A stretch of DNA of 63,699 nt, counting the filler, from an uncultured bacterium (GTDB lineage Bacteria; CAYUVA01), in NCBI GenBank assembly GCA_964448115.1. It is 3 parts of 3 records of this genome, joined end to end, with 100 filler letters (N's around TTAATTAATTAA, not from the genome) between each part and the next. Parts side by side here need not be neighbours in the genome. Positions count along the whole stretch, not along the records: positions 7,215 to 38,581 come from CAYUVA010000046.1; 2 more parts are not named here. One strand, given 5' to 3'. The notes beneath the pieces were generated by a model. The model had not been told where the DNA came from, did no database searches, and was given only the letters and a program-made list of their open reading frames with translations. Shown here one piece after another: positions 10,880-19,196 of this stretch. Positions within the stretch are counted from its first letter, which is position 1; each line of letters starts with the position of its first letter. A program made the translations under genes and the position numbers.

Positions 10880-10979
10880 TAATTGAAGTTTTGGAATGGA
10901 TAATAATATATAATATTGCTTATAACATGGCTTTCGGGGGGTGCCGCCTTAAATAATCTGCGCCATACGCCGAAGATCT

Positions 10980-11503
10980 CACGCAAAGACGCTCACGCAA
11001 AGACGCAGGAAAGAAAGAGTTGATCACGCAAAGACGCAAAGACGCAAAGAGGAAGTGATACCGTGATACCGTGATAAGGTGATACCGTGTAGGAGCGCTG
11101 TTTAATTGTCATGCCCACGAAAGAGGGAATCCAGTAATCACGGGAAGTGATAGAGTAATAGAGACATATTGAACCACAAAGGCACAAAGGCACAAAGAAG
11201 AAGTGATACCGTGATAATGTGATAGAGGAAAGAAAGACCCTCAACCCAGCCCCCTCCCAGCGGAGTTTGTATCAAAATGTCCAAGAAATCCCATACCCTG
11301 TCATTCCGAGCGAGTGAGCGTAAGCGAGCGAGTCGAGGAATCTCTCCCCCCTTCTCCCTCCAAACTTGGGGAAAAGAGGTCGAGGCATGGGGCTTCTTAT
11401 CCCCTCTCTCATGCTTTCTTTGCGTTTTTGCGTGCTCCCCTTTCTTTCCTTCTTTCTTTGCATCTTTGCGTGATCAAATCTTTCTTTTCTGCGTCTTTGC
11501 GTG
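10980..11503. repeat. Composite REP-like element bounded by 49-bp inverted repeats
   Basis: 10994-11042 and 11455-11503 are reverse complements with 3 mismatches. Interior has GTGATACC tandems, GTCATGCCCACGAAAGAGGGAATCCAG, TGTCATTCCGAGCG...CGAGGAATCT and C/G-rich hairpins. Confidence 0.8.
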
Positions 11504-11567
11504 TCATTCTTTGTAAAGATCGTAACTAGAATTGAAATCAATACCAGTGTGTGTTCTAAATAGGATC

Positions 11568-13508
11568 ATGGAAGGGAAGAATAGAAGTCAAATTGATGCA
11601 ATATGGCTTCTAGGTTTGATGCTTTTCGGATTATTTGCCTGCTGTCAATTATACAGCAGAAACACAAAAAAATACGATGTTACCATTGATGATTCTTACA
11701 TCACTCTAAGGTACGCACGCAATCTGGCAGATGGCAAGGGCTTGACCTTCAATCCCCCCGAAAAGGTGGAGGGATACACTAATTTCTTAATGGTAATTTT
11801 TCTTGCCATATTAGATCCGGCACTGGATCAAGGTATTACCATAGCCAAGCAGCTATCATACATTTTTGGATTAGTGGCATTGCTGATGGCTGTTATGTTC
11901 GCCATTGCTTGTCCTGGCATCAATGGACGACTATGGATGATAGTTGCTGCCCTTTTTTTCGCCTCAAGTCCATACCTTGCCTACTGGTCGAGCAGCGGGA
12001 TGGAGACTAGTTTATTCGCTGCCTTATTGATTACCGGGGCTTTATTTACCGCTTTTTACCTGGAATTCAACAGGAGTTGGATGTTGATTATTTCAGGATT
12101 TGCTTGGACGCTTTGTGCTATGACCAGACCAGAGGGCTATCTGCCTTTTGTGCTGCTGATGATTTTTATTATTGGAAAGAGGAAAGTGATGAAACCGAGA
12201 TTTTGGCATTGGGTAGCTATTGTATTGCCAACTATTATCTATCAGGCTTTCAGGATCATTTACTTCGGTTCCTTGTTGCCCAATACCTTTATTGCTAAGA
12301 CCAGGTTCGATATCGAGCAGGTGATTGCAGGACTGAAATACAGCGCAGAATTCATCAACAACACAGGATTGGTTGGTATCATGTTGTTACTTGCTGTTGT
12401 AGGATCATTGATAGTTAACCGAGTATGGGTCAGATATCTAGGGCTGTTTACCTTTCTATACTGGTTTTATGTGATCCTCATAGGCGGTGATGTGATGAGG
12501 GGTGGTCGCTTCTTTGTGCCCATCTTGTTTCCCTTGTATCTGTTGGCAATGCTGGCGGTTGAGCGGATTATTTCTGTAATATCTTATAGATTTCTTGCCT
12601 TTTGGAGACAATATCCTAAAGATGTTATTGCTATTATCGTATTCATCGTACTTCTTGCAGGTGGTTCAATTTTTCAAAAAGGCAGTGATGCTTACTTGAC
12701 GGAATGTCTTGTCAATGAAAACGATCTAGTCGGTTACTGGAGCAGCATAGGACGATGGCTCAAGGATAATGCTAGGGCTGACTCCCTAATCGCTTGTACT
12801 GTCATAGGCGCCATACCTTACTACAGCGGATTGAGGACTATTGATATGATAGGGCTGACAGAGCCATATATTGCGAGGTATCCGAATCCAATCCAGGGCA
12901 TCGAATCGAGCTGGCGAGAACGCAAGTATAATGCGGAATATGTGCTCGACCAGAAGCCTGATTTCATCATCTTTGCGCTTGGTTTCAAGATCAGCGCTGC
13001 CTGTGAGAAGGCGCTATACACCGATTGGCGCTTCAGAAACCTCTATTATCGCTATCTTGTCGAGTTGCCAGGTGACTATCTGGTGTTTTACAGACGGAAA
13101 CCTCCGCCTGTATGTGCTGAGATCAGCCAACGATTATCGGCGACGGAGGCTAGCAATGTATCGTTTATCCATCACTATGATCGCGCTTATCGAGCCTTTG
13201 CCACGCAAGATTATCGGGTAGCTATTAAGCACGCTCAAAAGGCAGAAGCTATGCTTCCAGAAGATGGTCTGAGCGAGTTTTTCGTGCTCAAGGGGCTTAT
13301 TTTAAGGCAGCTTGGTAGATATGATAAATCAAGGGATGCTTTTGCGGTCGCGCTTGAGCAGAATTCTTTTTCCATCGAGGCGCTTTACAACCTTGGAGAA
13401 TATTATCTGCGTAGCGATGAACAAAAGGCACGAGATTATTATTCTCGTGCGCTTAAGCTTGACCCCGAGCTTGGCTTTGTAAGATCGAGACTGGAAATGC
13501 TGGAATAA
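11568..13508 (+). CDS. GT-C membrane glycosyltransferase (AftB-like N-terminal motif) with C-terminal TPRs
   Basis: [64 protein letters not shown]. TPR tail. Confidence 0.8.
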   Translation: [646 protein letters not shown]

Positions 13509-13588
13509 TCTTGGAGCGGCGAGTTACCTACCACAACCTTGGGTGAGTGGAGGTAGATTGGCGTCTATTATGTGGGATTTGCCAGGCT

Positions 13589-13909
13589 TTATATAAAAGC
13601 GTTCAGTTTCAGTGAAAGGGCGATGTTTCCGGTGATCTTCAGTTTGCCCTGGAAGAATGCCATCTGGCTGTTTAGTTCGCCTCTTACAACCGATAACCAA
13701 TCCTCTTCGCTCGCCTCTATGGTGCAGTCTGGATTATCGATCTCTCCCTCGGTCAGTTCGCCCTTACCATCCTTGATTACTAAGCTCCATACGCCATCGC
13801 CGACCTTAAACAGATAAGAGGCTGAGAAGTCCTCCATCATATCCTTGTTTTCCTTGATCTTGGCGGGCACGACTTCATCGAAGTATTGTTTTACCGAACT
13901 TATCTCCAT
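13589..13909 (-). CDS. SCP2 sterol/lipid-binding domain protein
   Basis: PDCTI...GELNSQMAFFQGKLKITGN, typical of SCP2. AAGGGAG RBS. Confidence 0.9.
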   Translation of the reverse strand: MEISSVKQYFDEVVPAKIKENKDMMEDFSASYLFKVGDGVWSLVIKDGKGELTEGEIDNPDCTIEASEEDWLSVVRGELNSQMAFFQGKLKITGNIALSLKLNAFI

Positions 13910-14095
13910 TTTGTACTCCCTTGTTCATAAGCGTTGATTGATTCCGTTCTCTTCTCGTTAGTTCATCCGTAATGTTTATATTAACGGAAAGGAAGAGGCT
14001 TAAGCTTTTTTCAACCCTTCTAAAGCCCCTACATATCTAGTGAGTTCAACTCGGAATAACGGTTTCATCTTAACAACAACTCCAGAGTCAATCAA

Positions 14096-14454
14096 GAGGT
14101 TCAGCTTGCAGCTTCAACATCCGCATCATCTTTTCTGCAGCTAGATTCTATCCTTAATTCGGTTGGTGTTTGGATCTTGAGGTTCAGCATCTACTAGTTC
14201 ATGCCAGTTTCCACTTCGACTTCACCATCAGCTCTTTGTTGTCCATCTCAGCCTCTTAAAGCGTTTCTATCAAGACATCCCAGCTTGGTTTCTCAGCGTT
14301 CGCTCGAATTATCAGTTTCAGGACCTAGATCATCGAGGTCGCATCAGCCATCATTTTCAGTCGCAGCTTAGCATCTCAATCTCAGGCTCCGCCTTATCAT
14401 CCCATCTCAGTCTCAGCTATTCAGTATGGAACTGGTTTTTGAGCAGTCGCATGT
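14096..14454 (-). ncRNA. Candidate non-coding RNA or site array rich in CUGA/GAUG
   Basis: No ORF of 60 aa or more. 14 CTGA on the minus strand in 14101-14458 (including the padR stop) and none seen on the plus strand, spread over all frames. Confidence 0.35.
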
Positions 14455-15048
14455 TCAGTGATTTCTATGAGCCTCTTCCTTGCCCGTTTTTTCTCTTTTT
14501 CTTCGCCTTTGCAGACGAAGTTCAAGCTTTTCTCTCAAGGAACAATACCAGGAGCTTCTTATCTTGATCTCCATCTGGTATTTTTCCTTAAGAGCTGCCA
14601 GGTTAAAGGGCCATCTAACCTGGTACTTTCTCTCCAGACTGTCAATGATCGAACTTTTATGTTCAAGCTCTTTGAGCTTCTTATCGATTGCCTCGATGAC
14701 GATCTCGTAATTGATGTAGTTTACGAAGTATAACCCAACATCGAAGACGCTGTTAAAATCGTCATTCTCCAAGAAGGAGCACTTCAGCAGTTCCAAGAAG
14801 CGCTGTTCCCCTTGGGGCGAGATGTGATAGACATTGCGCTCAGGGCGATCTCCGTCCTTCTCTTTTGTCTTGGTTACGAAGCCCTGCTTTTCAAGTTTCT
14901 TCAGCGTGTAGTAAACTGTGCCTGAGGTTATGTGAGTTATGTATTGTAATCGCTCATCGATCAGGCTTTTCAGGTCGTAGCCGTGTTTTGGCGATTCCTT
15001 TAGCAGTCCAAGAAGGATCAGATCCTGCACCATTAATCCGCTCATCAA
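14455..15048 (-). CDS. PadR-family transcriptional regulator
   Basis: LILLGLL-ESPKHGYDL, GTVYYTLKKLEKQG, RPERNVYHISPQG. Confidence 0.92.
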   Translation of the reverse strand: MMSGLMVQDLILLGLLKESPKHGYDLKSLIDERLQYITHITSGTVYYTLKKLEKQGFVTKTKEKDGDRPERNVYHISPQGEQRFLELLKCSFLENDDFNSVFDVGLYFVNYINYEIVIEAIDKKLKELEHKSSIIDSLERKYQVRWPFNLAALKEKYQMEIKIRSSWYCSLREKLELRLQRRRKREKTGKEEAHRNH

Positions 15049-15089
15049 TCATATCCGCCTTTGCTTTCTTTGCGGCTTTTAAAGAACCT

Positions 15090-15129
15090 TTGATTACTCA
15101 GATTAAAATGGTCAAATCTGAATAATCAA
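15090..15129. promoter_or_regulatory. 15-bp inverted repeat, probable PadR autoregulatory operator
   Basis: TTGATTACTCAGATT-N10-AATCTGAATAATCAA (14/15 match), between the putative promoter and the padR start. Confidence 0.6.
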
Positions 15130-15134
15130 TTTTA

Positions 15135-15162
15135 AGGATAGCAGTCTTCTATGATCTGTCAA
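15135..15162 (-). promoter_or_regulatory. sigma70-type promoter TTGACA-N16-TATCCT for padR
   Basis: -35 at 15157-15162 and -10 at 15135-15140. An IHF-like TAAGTCATTGATA lies at 15213-15225. Confidence 0.45.
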
Positions 15163-15533
15163 GGGGTAAATGTAGAAGAAATTAACATTGTTCTTGTTAC
15201 CTGAAGTCGTGCTAAGTCATTGATATTAAGTAAATACCTGACATTTTTTAAGGTTTACAAAGACAAAAAAGGACTTGCCTGCTTTAAAAAGATCTCCTTT
15301 CAAGTTACCTGTATCAAGCATCGGCTGCCGGGTACGAAGATGAAGCCTTCCGTATCCTGGCAGGAGTGAATGTAGTCAATACAAGCCTGGCGGTTGAACG
15401 TTCCTGCTCCCTGGGCATTGAAATGTCTGGATCATCAAACTAAAAAGCACAAGACATCTTGCTGGTTTTGGCATTTTATTGTAAAAAGAATTTTGAATCT
15501 AAGATAACCTCAATATGGATTAGAGAGGAGAAA

Positions 15534-16922
15534 ATGAAGGACTCTAAGGGCTGTAAATATACCATACCTAAATTCGCTACTGATAAAACTGCTGGAATTA
15601 CCTTGGATGGGCTCAAAGGATGGACTAACGCCTTCCTGAGCGATCCCAAGTACACCATGCTTCAGAATGCGATTACACAGAACAGTCTGGATGATGTTGC
15701 ACTGAACAGGCAAGTAGTAAACAGCTCGCAGACGACATTTTCCCACCTTCTGGATCACTGGAAGGTTACCGATCAGAAACAGTCCGGTAGGTGCTGGATC
15801 TTCGCAGGCTTGAATCTGATACGGGCAGGCACAATGGAGATGCTGGACCTTGAGGACTTCGAGTTTTCAGGCAACTTCGTGATGTTCTGGGATAAATTCG
15901 AGCGCGCTAATTACTTTCTTGAGTCAATTATCGAGACCGCTGATAAAGACCTCGATGACCGAACAGTGCATTGGCTACTTAGCCATCCGGTGGATGATGG
16001 CGGACAGTGGAACATGTTCGTTAACATAATAAAGAAGTACGGCTTGGTGCCTAAATCGGTGATGCCAGAGACCGAAAGCTCCTCCAATACCAGGCGAATG
16101 AATAGCATCTTAGCCTATAAACTCTGCGAGGGAGCAAAGAGGCTCAGAGACTTATATGCCGAAAATGCAGGGAAGGATAGACTCAAGCAAGCCAAAACAG
16201 AGATCCTCGAGGTCATATTTCGCATTCTTTGCATACACCTCGGCATCCCACCAAACAGCTTCCTCTGGCAGTGGAACGACAAGGATCGCGAGTTTCATAG
16301 AGACGGCGTTCTTACTCCGCTGAAGTTTGCTGAAAAGTATATCACTATTCCCTTGAGCGAATATATATGTCTTGTGCACGATCCCCGCAAATCCAGCCCT
16401 GTAGGCAGAACATTCACCGTGCAGTACCTGGGCAATATAGTGGGCGGGGAGATAGTCAAATATCTCAATGTCGATATCGAGGTGATGAAGAAAGCTGCCA
16501 TGTTCACCATCCAAAACCGCGAGCCGGTCTGGTTCGGATGTGATGTCACAAAGATGTTCCACCTAAAGAGCGGCATCCTTGACCAAAGACTATATGACTA
16601 TGATAACTTGTATGACTCGCCGTTTACATTGGATAAAGAGCAACGACTACTTTATCATCAGACCTCGATGACTCACGCCATGCTATTTACCGGGGTGGAT
16701 ATAGTAGATGATAAACCGAGGCGCTGGCGGGTGGAGAATAGTTGGGGCGAAAAAAGAACTGGCGAGAAGGGGTATCTGCTAATGAACGACAACTGGTTCA
16801 ACGAGCATATATTTGAGGTAGCGGTTCGAAGCAGTTACATCTCCGATGAGCTTAAAAAAGCCTACGAGATGAAGCCGATTGTGCTTCCACCGTGGGATCC
16901 AATGGGATCACTAGCCAGGTAA
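15534..16922 (+). CDS. pepC: Aminopeptidase C / bleomycin hydrolase (peptidase C1B)
   Basis: QKQSGRCWIF, DGGQW, MTHAM, VENSWG and C-terminal PWDPMGSLA. GAGGAG RBS before 15534. Confidence 0.93.
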   Translation: MKDSKGCKYTIPKFATDKTAGITLDGLKGWTNAFLSDPKYTMLQNAITQNSLDDVALNRQVVNSSQTTFSHLLDHWKVTDQKQSGRCWIFAGLNLIRAGTMEMLDLEDFEFSGNFVMFWDKFERANYFLESIIETADKDLDDRTVHWLLSHPVDDGGQWNMFVNIIKKYGLVPKSVMPETESSSNTRRMNSILAYKLCEGAKRLRDLYAENAGKDRLKQAKTEILEVIFRILCIHLGIPPNSFLWQWNDKDREFHRDGVLTPLKFAEKYITIPLSEYICLVHDPRKSSPVGRTFTVQYLGNIVGGEIVKYLNVDIEVMKKAAMFTIQNREPVWFGCDVTKMFHLKSGILDQRLYDYDNLYDSPFTLDKEQRLLYHQTSMTHAMLFTGVDIVDDKPRRWRVENSWGEKRTGEKGYLLMNDNWFNEHIFEVAVRSSYISDELKKAYEMKPIVLPPWDPMGSLAR

Positions 16923-16939
16923 TAAAGGAGAATTGAGCA

Positions 16940-17476
16940 ATGAGGATGGATAACAAGGATTTCGTTGATTACCCGCGAGAGCTTGTATATCAGACCTTCA
17001 GGGATAAGGTTTACGAACTTGCCGATTATCTCCCCAATGTGGATAAGATAGAAGTCGTTCAAAGGGAGTGGATGAATGAAGATCATCTGAGAATACTGGC
17101 ACACTGGCACACATCAGCTCCCGTACCGCCGGTTGTAAAAAAGTTCATCAACCCTAAGGTCTTCTCCTACAAGGACTACGCCAACTGGTACAACAGCGAA
17201 TTCAAGGTCGATTGGCGCATAGAGACATTTTGGCTCTCCAACCTATACACCTGTAGCGGTACCACATACTACATAGAGGTCTCTCCAGGGCGCACCCTGG
17301 TTCATCTTGTCGGCGACCTGACGGTAAATATCGATGCCATACCCCAAATACCGAGATTCCTTCGCAAGTCAATAGGACCTCAAGCAGAAAAATTCGTCAT
17401 CGGCATAATCTCTCCCAATCTGAGCAAGGCAGCCCAGGCGGTGCAGAAATACCTTGATTCTATTAAAGCGAAGTAA
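16940..17476 (+). CDS. START/SRPBCC-like (DUF2505-like) protein
   Basis: AAGGAG RBS. Helix-grip-like pattern YPRELVYQTFRD...YLPNVDKIEV...C-terminal helix. Confidence 0.6.
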   Translation: MRMDNKDFVDYPRELVYQTFRDKVYELADYLPNVDKIEVVQREWMNEDHLRILAHWHTSAPVPPVVKKFINPKVFSYKDYANWYNSEFKVDWRIETFWLSNLYTCSGTTYYIEVSPGRTLVHLVGDLTVNIDAIPQIPRFLRKSIGPQAEKFVIGIISPNLSKAAQAVQKYLDSIKAK

Positions 17477-17495
17477 TTGGCAGATTACCCTCAAT

Positions 17496-19169
17496 TTACT
17501 TGATGTAACCGAGATCCCGCAGCCGATCCAGCGCAGCGGGCGATAATCCCTTTAGCGACCCTGTTACAGAGGTCGCCTGCTGATAGAACAGCTCGATATC
17601 CGCAAGCAAACCATCATCGATATCAGCCCCTTCCAGCCCCTGAACCTCTTGGGCATCATATAAAAGATCATATACCTCGACTGTACGGTTCGGGCCCATG
17701 ATAACCTTGATATTCCCATGTATGATGCCCACCTTCTGCCTGAACTCCAGTCCCCGGCGATACTTTTCGACCAGGCTGGTCTGTAGGTAAACTCTTGTTG
17801 GTTTCACTTGGGCATTTTCGATAAGGATATTCCTGCCGGCAAGCCCCAGGGATTCGATGTCTAATCCAATCAACCCAGACACAGTGGGGATTAGATCGAT
17901 TATCGAGCATAATCCTTCACGAATCTGGGGCGAAATATCGCTATCCTCGGCAGGTATTATTAGCAGAGGGATACGAGTGGATGGCTCATAGAGGTGCTGA
18001 CCGTGATCAAAGTAGTACTGGTGCTCTCCCAGGCTCTCCCCGTGATCGGAGATGAAGATGATTACAGTGTTGTCAAGCATCCCCCGCTCATCCAGTTCCT
18101 TTAAGAGCCTGCCCAACTGTACATCCAGGTAGGCGACCTCGCTATCATACAAGGCTCGTTGTCTGCCCGCATCCACCTTCATACCCATCTCGCTTACAAA
18201 AGGCTCCGGCTCATAATGGTATAGTGAATCGAGCGGAGCGGGGGGGCGGTACGGCGTGTGAGGATCAAAATAATGTACCCAGAGAAACCAGTTGCGCTCT
18301 TTCATGGCTTTGACCAAGTTGAGTGCCCTATCGGTAGTATTCTCTGCCCGGCTCTCCACCGTGTCCCAGTAACTGCCGGGCAGGATTCCCATGCGCATCA
18401 ATAGCTTGCTGCAAAATAAGGTTAGACATTGGTCATTTGGATAGATCGCTGGCGAGAACTTCTCATCATATAGCTGAAAGCCAGCCTGAAGCCCTGATAT
18501 ATCCGAGTGAAGCGTCCAGGCGCTGATCACCGCCAGGCACAGATAACCTTTGCCTGATAGCATCCGAGCCAATGTGATCACATCCCGGTTTATCGGCTGT
18601 CCATTTGCAACGCTGCCGTGCTGGTAGGGCATGAGTCCGCTGAACATGCACCCATGAGATGGATTGGTGCGAGGGATATTGGAATAACAATTGCTTAGCT
18701 GGATCCCCTTATGACAGAGACGATCCATGACCGGGGTATGAATCCGCGGGTTACCATATCCACCCAGGCGATCCATCCGCAGCGTGTCGGCAGTTATCAC
18801 AAGAAGATTGGTACTATCAGCCCCGGAGACCTCCAAGCTTGATAACCTGGATGCACTAAGGCTTGAGTTATTCTGATATGCATTTACCAGAGCCACGATA
18901 GCCACCAGGTAAAAAATGCCGCTTAGATAAAATAATAACCTAGTAAAACGACCTGCCCGTGATGATAAAAATATGATTAAAACAATTGCGGTCGGAATAA
19001 GCAAAAATGACCATACAATCAAGGAAAAGCTAATAAGCAAAAGGAATGTATCAAATGGAAACCCCTCGCCCGATCCCAGGTCGTGAATAAGCACGAAAAT
19101 AGAGTCAAGCGCAGACGCTGCCAGCGCTAAACTAAACACTATTGCGATAAAATTCCTCACCCCGAACAT
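17496..19169 (-). CDS. Membrane-anchored sulfatase/alkaline-phosphatase-superfamily protein (TxPSH variant)
   Basis: Three N-terminal TMs. NLLVITADTLR, RTNPSH, HYFDPH, SDHGE, HG and C-terminal LRDLGY. Confidence 0.85.
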   Translation of the reverse strand: MFGVRNFIAIVFSLALAASALDSIFVLIHDLGSGEGFPFDTFLLLISFSLIVWSFLLIPTAIVLIIFLSSRAGRFTRLLFYLSGIFYLVAIVALVNAYQNNSSLSASRLSSLEVSGADSTNLLVITADTLRMDRLGGYGNPRIHTPVMDRLCHKGIQLSNCYSNIPRTNPSHGCMFSGLMPYQHGSVANGQPINRDVITLARMLSGKGYLCLAVISAWTLHSDISGLQAGFQLYDEKFSPAIYPNDQCLTLFCSKLLMRMGILPGSYWDTVESRAENTTDRALNLVKAMKERNWFLWVHYFDPHTPYRPPAPLDSLYHYEPEPFVSEMGMKVDAGRQRALYDSEVAYLDVQLGRLLKELDERGMLDNTVIIFISDHGESLGEHQYYFDHGQHLYEPSTRIPLLIIPAEDSDISPQIREGLCSIIDLIPTVSGLIGLDIESLGLAGRNILIENAQVKPTRVYLQTSLVEKYRRGLEFRQKVGIIHGNIKVIMGPNRTVEVYDLLYDAQEVQGLEGADIDDGLLADIELFYQQATSVTGSLKGLSPAALDRLRDLGYIK

Positions 19170-19196
19170 AAACCTCTGGGAGCATAATGGCTTGAT

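Noticed and set aside
10300-10950. Replication origin
   Set aside because: AT-rich with IHF and parS-like sites, but I found no cluster of TTATCCACA DnaA boxes and no dnaA or gidA nearby.
10993-11541. Short ORFs 10993-11244, 11272-11541, 11277-11516 and 11314-11529
   Set aside because: They are translations of the REP-like repeats (LCVFASLR-type peptides).
14096-14458. Selenoprotein or UGA-readthrough gene explaining the TGA excess
   Set aside because: The TGAs fall in all three frames, and TAG/TAA stops also interrupt. Neighbouring genes use TGA as a normal stop.
15320-15365. Imperfect hairpin TGCCGGGTACGAAG...CTTCCGTATCCTGGCA upstream of pepC
   Set aside because: Single copy, no U-tract and no recognisable riboswitch motif, so there is too little support.
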